This document shows positions 42,316 to 51,869 of a DNA stretch of 64,000 nt, in pieces. Every line of letters starts with the position of its first letter. The first letter of the stretch is position 1. The position numbers and the translations under genes were made by a program. Source of the stretch: Strigamia acuminata (lineage: Eukaryota); NCBI GenBank assembly GCA_949358305.1, contig OX442314.1, positions 13,578,001 to 13,642,000 on the forward strand, read 5' to 3'. Under the pieces are notes generated by a model. That model did no database searches, was not told the origin of the DNA, and saw only the letters and a program-made list of their open reading frames with translations.

Positions 42316-43423
42316 AAACCTAATTAAACGAGATAAGTTCAAAATGAATAACCAATAACACCTTATTATAAATACATACATGCGAGTTATTAGGCAATAA
42401 CAAAAAATGTAATAATGTTAATATTCTCTTGTCTTTTGTCGTTTATTCCATACTTTAGACTTTCGACTTTAATCTTGGTTTTACAATGCATTGAATTACA
42501 AATTAAAAGAGCAAATAAATTAACCGTGCGCAAAACTATCAATTAGTTGCATGAAAAACAACAAATTAAGAAACGCTATATAAAAAATAAAAGATAAAAA
42601 ATAAATTCAAGGAAAAAAAACTCACCTCCAATATGTTGCGTGCTTCGCCTCCGAACCGGAAAAAATCTGAGCTAGAACGAAAAATGCTAAATAGCAAATG
42701 CACTGTCACTTCATTTGAATATCCAATCAAAAATCACAGAAAAAACGTCAACTTTGCGTGTGGCCACCTAGTGTTAAAAAGATAAAACATAAACACATCG
42801 ACAACATCCCAAAAAACAAAACCACAAGTTGACACAATTCAATTCTATTCAATTCATACTCATGAAATTTCTCAATTCAATTCAATTCACTGAAGTAAAT
42901 CTTGCAATTCAATTTTGTCTTTTTCGAAATATGTACGTACACAGTTTATATCATTGTAATGAAAACGAAAAAATAACAGATTGCACATACAATTACTTGG
43001 GAAAAACTAAAAAATAAAATTAAACTGCAAAATTTGTCCCTGACAGCCAGTGTCCCCTATTGATAAAAATTAGAAGTAAACATTTTTGCAGCAGATGAGG
43101 AGACGAGACGAGCCTCGAAAAATTGTTCAGATATCAACCGCAATGATGGCGCTAGTGTAATAGTGGTAAAGGTTTGAACTAATTTTTGTTGCTCGCCTGA
43201 TTCCATCTCAAATCCGGTATCTGTATCTGGATTATCGATAAAAGAATAAAGATAAAAAGTGAAAAGCTAGATTTCTAGTGTTTTTTCCCGTCCACCTTCG
43301 TACGAGAGTATCATATTTGAAATAATTACCATATTCCTAATTTGATCCATGTATAGGGAGGGAGTGCATCCTGGTTATTTGTATTCATAATTTTTCTAGT
43401 CTTGTTTCATTCCACTCCAAACA

Positions 43424-44037
43424 ATGAAATTCTTTAGTAACACATTCCGCATTTATTCAATACTAATCTCTCTTTTCTTAATGTTTCCCGTCGGTTACAA
43501 TAACAAATTTCAATGCCGCAGAGGATTTGAACCGCTCGCAAACGGTTGTTACCATTTCTCCAAGCTAAGAACAACTTTTGTTGGAGCCTTGCAATACTGT
43601 CACGTAATGAATGCATCACTTGTGAGCATTGAAACTTTAGAAGAGTTGTACGCTTTAAAACTACAAATCTTTCATTTCTCAAATTATGGTTAAGTATAAC
43701 GATACAAGTCAGCCAAGATGACCTTTTCTCTCCCACTTATATTTTATTACCTTGTGTCATTAAACATGAAGATGACTTAGCGTTTTGGACATCAGGTACC
43801 GACACGTTTTCTCCGGACGAGTTTATCTGGATGTCGTCATTGAAACCAATACGCTTTACAGATTGGTGTCCATATCAACCGAGTGAAAATGCGTACGCAA
43901 CATGCATCCAAATATGGAACTGGGAAGGAAAGAATTGTTGGTATAGATTAACGTGTAAGAACGATGAAAACAGTCAAATTCCCATCCGACCATTGTGCGA
44001 ATATAACCCAAATATTTATGCTTTTAATAACAATTAG
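43424..44037 (+). CDS. C-type lectin domain protein 2 (signal peptide + CTLD), exons 43424-43688 and 43772-44037
   Basis: MKFFSNTFRIYSILISLFLMFPVG (signal-like), then C..GF...GCYHFS...ALQYCHVMNASLVSIET.EE. A phase-1 intron 43689-43771 sits at the same position as in lectin 1, followed by DDLAFWTSGTDTFSPDEFIW...FTDWCPYQPS...CIQIW...CWYRLTC...PLCE. An alternative in-frame acceptor exists at 43780; the 43771 acceptor gives a gapless alignment with lectin 1. Confidence 0.92.
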
Positions 44038-44911
44038 CAGGACAATGCAAGTAAGGTACTTTATCATTACATTAAAGAGTATACAGTATGTATTTATGTA
44101 GTGGATTTCAACAGTTTCATTTGAATCGCACTTTGACAACTTTAAATCTATTGAAATCAGTATCGAATCACACGTAATAAAAGTTTCAAGTTCCTAGAAT
44201 GGACTTTATGGATAAATAATAATTATGGAAAAATACTTTATGGAAAAATACTTTATGCTTGTCTTGAGCTTATCTTAATAAGCAAAATTTTAGTTATCAA
44301 ATGTTTTTAAAAAAATTATCTTATCTGATAACTTTGTTAATTAGTCATTAAATTAAAAACCGTGATGAAAAAAAAATCCTCTTCCATAATGTCAAATGTG
44401 ATAAGACATTTCTAATAATCTTGGAACTGATGTAAGAAAAAATTTTCTTTTTTAAAAAAATCAAAAAAATCAATAAAAAATCAATAAAAACTCTTTAATT
44501 TTAATTCCGAGTCTAAGAAAAAGTTCATTATGTTGTCAAACGATGACAAGTATTATTAATTTACGATTAAATTTCATGACAAAATATTGTAATTAAAGTA
44601 TAATAAATAAAAATAAATAAATAAAAAAAATAATAAAAAATTAATAAAAACTCCGTGATGAAGTACAAAAAAAATCTAATTAAACAAGTCTGCACACCGA
44701 CTAGGCTAATTCATTTCTCACAACGAGTTTTTGAAATAACTTTAGATGAAAAGAAATTGCGCAGATAAACGGTCAATGCGAAGGTCAGTTTAAACGTAAT
44801 TGGGCCACTCATGGAATCACTCACGTTATCCTACTTGCCACTACCTTCTCCCACTGATGAAAACTCGAGTCATTTACAAGATACTACGGCACCAAGCAAG
44901 AAACACAAGCA

Positions 44912-47900
44912 ATGGCTCTTAATGTTGACGAATGGCTAATTGAAAACAAAACATATTTCCAACCACCGGTTTGCAACCGCATGATGTAAGTAATAAACAC
45001 GTGTTTTTATGGAAACTAAACAAGCTATAATCAAGAAATATTTAATTTTTTGAGGCATAATGACCAACTTAAAGTGTTTTATGTTGGTGGACCAAATACT
45101 CGACTAGATTATCACATAGAAGAAGGAGAAGAGGTTAAATTGGAACGAAATTATACATTTTAAATTTTATTTACATTTCTAGCATGTACTGGATATTTTT
45201 TTTTCAGTTATTCTACATGCACAGAGGTCAAATGGTTTTAAAAGTTGTAACTAACAACAAATTGCAAAATGTTATCATCAAACAAGGAGAGGTAGGACTT
45301 ACACGCTATCTGCTTTTTCTCATATCTACTTTCAACTTTTTGGCTCAAGTGATAAAAAAATCTGATAGATGCTGAAAAGAAATAGAAAACAACAAAATAA
45401 CTATTAGCTTGAATGAATTTACATTTATCTTTTTTATTTTGCAATAAGTATTGACAACTCTTGTTGGAAAAAAGAATTCTTATCTTGGCAACAGTTATCT
45501 CAACTTTCTCCAAAAAACACCCACAAAAAAGCAACACATCGGATTGGTAGTTGATACTGAACCATAAGCAAATCAGCAGAAGAGTTACAATTACTTTACA
45601 ATAAGTTTGTAAAAGAAAAACATTTCGCATTTTTCGGGACTATAAAAACTGTGGGCACGCACTCTATAAGGTTCAAAGTTCAGATTAGTTAGGTCACATT
45701 TTCTCGACGAAATCGTAGCAATCTAGTCAAAAGATTCAGTTTGTACCAGAAAATACCAAATCCAGTAATCGATAACATTCTTTCACAATTTATAAATAAG
45801 ATGCATTAAAAGCGCTTCAAAGAGCAGATTTGTGTTTGTTACAAACACAACAAAGCAACCCATTTCCATTTGCAGATATGGCAGGGGGGAAAAAAACTCG
45901 AAAAGGTCTAGCGAATAATTGACTGCAGTGATCCCCACAGACAGAGAATGATGTCCCAACCTTAAGCACTCTCTGATCGTTCATTTGATAAGCACTTTAG
46001 TTTTTCTCCTCTTCCTTAAAGATATTCCTTCTGCCAGCAAGAATTCCACATTCTCCTCAAAGACAAGAAAACACCATCGGATTGGTCATTGAAAGAGAGA
46101 GAACTTCAAACGAACAAGATTGTGTCAGGTAAATGCTATATATATATATATAAGAAGAAAAAAAGAAAAAAAAACACTTCACATAGAGTGACATTTTTTT
46201 TTATTGCAGATATTTTGCGGAGAATTCAACAGCAACTTTATACGAGCATTGGTTTCACTGTACGGATCTCGGTACCCAATTAGTGCCCATTATCAACAAC
46301 TTCTTTGCAAGCGAGCAATACAAGACAGGAAAACCCATTCCAGGTACATAGAGTATATATATTACATTACAAAGGTGCTCACTGCTCACAAGTCAGTGTT
46401 AATGTTAACGGTTGTTGCTGCCCTCTTGTGACCACATTGCGAAATGCATTTGGAGAAATAAAAGAATCGAAGCAAGCCAAGTGTGGATTGTGGTGAGCAG
46501 CTGCTGGCTTCAATTGCTGAATTAAATCAAGCACTAAGTGAGCGAATCTCATGGACCTTAATCCCAAGAATAATTCGACTGTCTTTGCCGCACCTGGTGC
46601 AAAAGGAAACACCGGCAAATGACATTGGCGCACAAACCATTGTTTCTACACTTTTTAAACTCTTTATGTTCCACTTGACGACTCGGGGATTTTTCGTCAT
46701 GGGAGTCGTTACACATCATTGTCGTTAAGGGACAGTCTTCATAATGGATCTACACAGATCCCCGCAATGAACTTGTAATTTATAATCCTCTATATATAAT
46801 AGAAACATTACTTTTTCCTCCCTCTGCACAAAAGATTTCAGCTTCTCTTTCTCTTTTTTTTATCATCCGAACAAATTTTTTGTCGCCTGTGCACTTGGTT
46901 GCTGCTACTTTTGTTCCTTCCCGCCAAAACGACTGATTTCCTGCGGGTGCCAATTCGCTCGCTACGATAACTCGCTAGTGCATGAAGCCTGGAGATTTTC
47001 TCTCTTTATATTCATCACCCCACTTTTCTTTTATTTTCATTTCGATCCCCTCTTGCCATTCTTATAAACTTTAATACTCAGTTTAATTGACACAAAGGGA
47101 TACTTTTCAGCAGCGACCTTTCTGCACTGATTTATATTAAAACTTTGGCATGTGGCTTTCGCTTGTATTGTGCATTCGTAGCTCGGCAATTACTTTTAAT
47201 GAGACTCGTTGAAAACAAAACAAAAAAATGTTTACCAATTCCAAATGACAAAGAATGAATTATGTAGAGAAAAAGAGAGATGGAGCATGTGCTCTTCAGT
47301 CTTCACTTTGTCTGTTTTGTTTGTCCAGCATCGAAACGGAAGAAAATAGGAAGAAGGGGGATTTTTACTGCGCTAATTAGTTCTCGCGCCATAATTTCTA
47401 CCAAGGGAAAACCTTGAGAGGAAAAAGAGGCACGTAAAGGAGAAAGTCAATAAAACATCAACATTCGTAGTTGGCACAGGTCGATACTGCAGGGCTGTGT
47501 TGTGTTGTGACGTTGACGAAATAAACTTGTAATTATTAATACATTATTTCATTGTAGTGGCTCAAAATGAATATTTCTTTGAAGACTTTACATTTTTTTT
47601 TTTAAAAAAAAATTTGTTGGTAGATTCTCTCCACAATTCGCCTCCATACCAAGGAGATGCTCGCAGAAAGTTGGAACTGCCCATCGACATGGAGGATTGG
47701 TTGCGTAGCAACCAAGAGGAAATCCATTCCACTGGCTGGAAACGTCTCTACGGAACCCCTTATGAAACCGACGTAAGTCGCATACGCTCGCGACTCACGC
47801 CTCTGGTCACAGGAGATTCTGAAAGCCAATTTCACTTTACAAGAAAAGCAGGCAAACCCCTCGAAAAAAAAAAGATTGGAAACAAAAAGGAAAAAGAAAG

Positions 47901-49177
47901 AGAAAAAGATTAATAACAATAGTTTTGTGCATTAAAACTAAAAGCAAAAATAAATATTTCTTAAAAATCGCAAAGGTGAAAAATGTGACAAATAGATTTA
48001 TAGGCAAATGCAGCGAGTGTATTCACTCGCCAATTTTGTCGGCATCTGGAGAGTGTCAGAGGAAACTTTTATTGAAACCCATTCATTTTCCAGGTGATCG
48101 TGTACGGTAGAGGCCAGCACGTGGGTCTGTGCAAAGTGGCCGACGCCTTCCTCTGGCAAATGGTACATTCCACAGTTCACGCATCACGTGTTACCACATT
48201 TTAATTCTTTCTAATTTCGCCAAATAGAGGTCTTCTGCATCTGTCACAACGTGCAACGCGGTTTATTCTTTACAACGCACCAACGACACCTTGCTCGTGC
48301 CTCGTGGAACAAGGTGATAAATTCGCCTCTATACGAGATTCCTTTCCCAATCTCCCCCTCGTTTCCACCCCAGTTCCGCGTCAGAAAATAGCAGCAAGGA
48401 CGTCTTGTAGACGCGAGATTGTCACTCACTCGCCTACTTTTCGCGTCGTCTCCAACTTCTCGCTTTCCAATTTCTCCCACAGGAGAAATGGACGCTCGAT
48501 ATCTAGCTGGCTTCTACTTTGGCGTGGTCGAACGGCGTCGTGCCTTGGTCCGATGCCCACCTGTGACAAAGATGAATGGCTCATAAATGGCCAGCCTTGT
48601 CTAGCGTGGCCGATGCTCCATAATCAAAAAGACTCACGAAGAAGGCGCCGCTTGATTGGACGAGGGAGTCTACGAACGCCTTCCACTTCAAGTCACGTGC
48701 GCGCTAAAATTTACAACCCGTTCCCCGCCTGACCCAAAAAAAAGAAAAAGTAAAGATAAAAAAAGTAAAAAAAAAAGAAAAAAAAGAAAGAAAGAAGGAA
48801 GGAAAAAAAAGAAAAAAGCTTTCGTTTTTCTTCCCTCGAAAGATGGAGGGAGTCATTCGTTTGGACGCTACTGGTACCATTTTTTCCCCTTCTCCCGTTT
48901 CCTTTCTTTTTTCACATCGAAACCAACTCCTCAGTCAATGCCAGACAATAAAAAAAATGAAAACGATTTCACTCAATATTTTGAATTTCTTTTATTGGTC
49001 ACAGCCAAATCTGAAAAGCACTCTGTTGCCAAAGGAAAATGATCCTATTTCGAATCCATTTTCAATATCCAATTTCTGTTTATATTTTGTAGGTACACTA
49101 TAAACGCATCGGATTCTTCTTTTACTATGGTCGTCACAATGGATCCGAGCAACAAACCGAGAACCAAAAGCCAATAA
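44912..49177 (+). CDS. HAAO: 3-hydroxyanthranilate 3,4-dioxygenase, 9 coding exons: 44912-44985, 45055-45133, 45208-45291, 46022-46128, 46210-46343, 47624-47772, 48094-48162, 48228-48313, 49093-49177 (867 nt, 288 aa)
   Basis: Manual splicing at GT-AG junctions gives one open frame: [65 protein letters not shown]...[33 protein letters not shown]...[50 protein letters not shown]...[16 protein letters not shown]...[15 protein letters not shown]...[37 protein letters not shown]. The HAAO signatures PPVCN, VGGPNxRxDYH, EGEE, PHSPQR, GLVIER and FHCxDLGTQL are present, as is the metazoan C-terminal domain (WQ...VTxDP). Exon phases add up, and an in-frame TGA at 44858 precedes the ATG. Confidence 0.96.
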
Positions 49178-49226
49178 AAAATGAGTAATCCAATATAATA
49201 CGCTATTCTTTATTCAAAGTTATAGC

Positions 49227-49411
49227 TGGAGTATTTGGCACTCCATTTTCTTTCATTGTTAATTAGCGACGCTGCTTTTGTGCAGCGCCACCTGTGTATT
49301 TAGACAATTGAATAAACACTTATGCAAATATTTCCGTACGTGTCTGGCTCCATCCAACGATATCCAGCCACATCCATTGCAATCCATTCAAATCAAGCGC
49401 ACGAAACATCA
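49227..49411 (+). repeat. 5' LTR (185 bp)
   Basis: Direct repeat of 51673-51869. Starts TGGAGT, ends CATCA, has an internal AATAAA at 49311, and is followed by the PBS. Confidence 0.9.
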
Positions 49412-49413
49412 AT

Positions 49414-49427
49414 TGGCAACGAGATGC
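49414..49427 (+). other. Primer-binding site of the LTR element (degenerate, tRNA-Ser(GCU)-like)
   Basis: TGGCAACGAGATGC two bases after the 5' LTR resembles TGGCGACGAGGATG, the complement of the 3' end of metazoan tRNA-Ser(GCU) (from memory of that tRNA sequence). Confidence 0.65.
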
Positions 49428-49492
49428 AGTACGAATCCATTCTACTTTTCAAATCCAGTAGCTTTTTTGTATTTTTTGACAACTTCCGACCT

Positions 49493-49604
49493 CCGACCAC
49501 GCAGTACACCGACCACGCAGTACACCGACCACGCAGTACACCAACCACGCAGTACACCGACCACGGTATACACCGACCACGCTGTACACCGACCACGCTG
49601 TCCA
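49493..49604 (+). repeat. Minisatellite, 7 x 16 bp CCGACCACGCAGTACA
   Basis: Seven head-to-tail copies with no spacers. Copies 1-3 are identical and copies 4-7 carry 1-3 changes. Confidence 0.95.
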
Positions 49605-49984
49605 CTCCATTCCAGTTAGCCGTCACAGACTTCGCAGCTGCGCTTCAGGCTTTAACAAAATACTGTGAACTAGGTCACCTGCTTAACAATGAATTGCGCA
49701 ACCAGTTCATCTGGGGCTTGCAGATGAAGCACGTGCAAAACACACTCATCATTCAACGAAACGTTTGAAATGGCGTTGGATGCTACGACAACTGCAGAAT
49801 TAGCCTATTCCGATGTCTCCAGTTTTGAGGACCCTCCTGCGGCAATCCACAAGGTTCAGAACGCTGGATACCAGCGACATAACAACCACCGCAGCCCCAA
49901 TGCAGAAAACAACACTTCTAATCATTCTTTTGAGGAGCAGTCGCGACCGGTAGATCCAGCCAGCCTCCAACTTCAACCAAATGA

Positions 49985-51050
49985 TGTGTAGTAACTTCAG
50001 AATTACTACTAGTAAAGGAATATCCTTTTAAGTGTATTTTGTAAATAAATAGTTTTGGATTAAAAGGGTTACATTAATCTCAGGAAATATACAGGACGTA
50101 GCCCCTATGCGCGCGGAATTTAGTTGACAAGAAGTGCTATTTCCTGTTAGCATGAGGAGAATCCTCAATCTGAAACCACAAATTGAATATGAAACAACTC
50201 TGAAAAGCCACTCTTGAAAATACCATAGTTCTTGATTGATTTAGAGAATTCTCCATTTGAGTTATTGGACTCCTAGCTTGGAATAATGAGTCTGTTATTC
50301 TAAGCCACATTTGGTATTGTCTTTACCACAAAAGATATAATGTGTGAGAAGAAAATAGTCAGTGTCTACGCTTTAAAAGACATGTATGTATTTATTTGTA
50401 ACGGCGACCCATCTATGGACAGAGGGCCGCTGCTTCAAAAGACAGAGGGATTCCAAGTCCGTTGCCGACGTTGACGCTCACCCGCTGTTGCAACCACGAG
50501 CGGAACAGTGAGTGTGAATTCCACCGTTGCCGAAGAAAATTGGAAATTTGTTCATGGGAATTCCCGTATTCAGATATCAGAGAATCCGGTTTACTTTTTG
50601 TACCAATCCCGATGAGTGAAGAGATTCAACTTGAATCTACTCCCGAGTCAACTGTTGAGTCACGAGTTGAATCACGAGTTGAGGTCCACGTACGTTTTGA
50701 CATCGACACGAATCCGCCGACGAGAGTTCAGTTGGATCGAGTCGCGGCCATCCGTCAGTTCCGGATCAAAGCCATCATCTTTATTTCTATCGTTTTATTT
50801 CTTCTTTCCGTATTCGTTATTTTTACATGTATATTATATCAGGAATACTTGTAGTTTGTGTATTTTGAAGTCGAGTAGAATAGACTCGCATTGTTCAACT
50901 TCTGGTATCAAGAAGTTCTTATTTTATTTTGTATTCCATCTTTGTAAATTGTCTCGAGTTAAAAGTAATTTAAAAGTAATTAAAAATAATTAAAAGTAAG
51001 ATTGTTTTCATAAGCAACCTCGCAATATTTGTTTTATTTAATACTGCAAA
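49985..51050. mobile_element. Insertion within gag, probably a solo LTR of another family
   Basis: Flanked by duplicated AATGA (49980-84, 51051-55). Termini TGTGTAGTA...TACTGCAAA form a 7/9 inverted match. Removing it and one TSD copy restores the gag frame (QPNE-IATDGCGKCFLC). Confidence 0.7.
50397..51027 (+). mobile_element. Possible second nested solo-LTR-like segment
   Basis: Abrupt switch to GC-richer sequence beginning TGTAACGGCG and ending CCTCGCAATA after an ATTAAA-type signal. Flanks TTTATT/TTTGTT could be a 5/6 TSD. Boundaries are uncertain. Confidence 0.4.
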
Positions 51051-51335
51051 AATGAGATCGCGACAGATGGTTGTGGGAAGTGCTTCTTGTGTGGCTCTAC
51101 GGACCATCGTCGACACAAATGCAAGTTTCGTAAAACCAGGACTCATGCATGCGGCAAGGTAGACCACATCCAATCTGCCTGCTGGTCTGCTGCCACGCTG
51201 TCCGTTGCTATGTCGACCTCCGTTAATACCGTGTTCGCTCAAGCATGCGTCTTAGATTTTTACTAGCTGCTTCAAGCTTCCTTGGGGGGAGGGGAGAGTT
51301 GTATCAACTCTTAGTTGTAATTTTGATTTAAATAA

Positions 51336-51520
51336 TTCAATGTCCAATGCGATTTGTACTAATTCATATTTCAATGTCCAATGCGATTTATCCTAATTCA
51401 TATTTCAATGTCCAATGCAATTTAGTTCAATTAGAATGTGTGATCCCATGCCAATCCAGTGTATAACTTCATTCAAGTTTCAAGTGTTACAATTTCATTC
51501 AAGTTTCAAGTGTATTACAA
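51336..51520 (+). repeat. Tandem repeats in the retroelement 3' non-coding region (34-bp unit x~2.6; 26-bp unit x2)
   Basis: TTCAATGTCCAATGC at 51336, 51370 and 51404; TTCATTCAAGTTTCAAGTG at 51468 and 51494. Confidence 0.85.
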
Positions 51521-51672
51521 ATTCGTGCAACCTTTGCACAATTATTTCAAATGCTTTCAATTCCAATTCAATTTCTAATTCCATTCTAATGTTTTGTGTT
51601 ACACGGTAAGTTTAATGTTTGTTACAAATGTATTAATTGCTCTCCTTGATTGTTTTGCATTTGAGGGGATGC

Positions 51673-51869
51673 TGGAGTGTTTGGCACTCCCTTTTCTTTC
51701 ATTGATAATTTGTGACACTGCCCTTGTGCAGTGCCACCTGTGTATTTCGACAATTGAATAAACACTTTTGCAAATATTCTCGTACGCGATGCCTCGTGTC
51801 TGGCTCCATCCAACGATGTCCAGCCACATCCATTGCAATCCATTCAAATCAAGCGCACGAAACACATCA
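51673..51869 (+). repeat. 3' LTR (197 bp)
   Basis: Termini TGGAGTGTTT...AAACACATCA form an 8/10 inverted repeat. Preceded by a polypurine tract and followed by the TSD ATAGC. Confidence 0.9.

Larger units (their letters stand above)
49619..51266 (+). pseudogene. gag: Degenerate retrotransposon gag (capsid C-terminal part plus double CCHC zinc knuckle), frameshifted and interrupted by the 49985-51050 insertion
   Basis: AVTDFAAALQALTKYCELGHLLNNELRNQFIWGLQMKHVQNTL, a frameshift near 49760 into TFEMALDATTTAELA...IHKV, and after the insertion GKCFLCGSTDHRRHKCKFRKTRTHACGKVDHIQSAC (C-x2-C-x4-H-x4-C plus a degenerate second knuckle). Stop TAG at 51264-66. Confidence 0.85.
49227..51869 (+). mobile_element. 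Non-autonomous gag-only Ty3/gypsy (Mag-like) LTR retrotransposon with nested insertion(s)
   Basis: 5' LTR 49227-49411 and 3' LTR 51673-51869 (both TG...CA; about 14 substitutions and 2 indels by eye). Perfect 5-bp TSD ATAGC (49222-26, 51870-74). PBS-like TGGCAACGAG at 49414 and purine tract GAGGGGA before the 3' LTR. Gag remnants and two CCHC knuckles; no pol motifs. Confidence 0.9.

Noticed and set aside
42835..42915. (AATTC)n-rich patch as a possible MITE end
   Set aside because: No matching inverted terminus or TSD was found; treated as low-complexity sequence.
48304..49103. ORFs of 142, 128 and 86 aa including a Lys-rich stretch
   Set aside because: They lie essentially within HAAO intron 8, and the Lys run is translation of an A-rich tract.
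49493..49604. CRISPR-like array
   Set aside because: The repeats are contiguous with no unique spacers, there are no cas genes, and the context is eukaryotic; it is a minisatellite.
51283..51310. GGGGGAGGGGAGAG followed by TGTATC as the PPT and start of a long 3' LTR
   Set aside because: LTR homology, terminal inverted repeats and the ATAGC TSD all place the 3' LTR start at 51673, so this purine run is internal.
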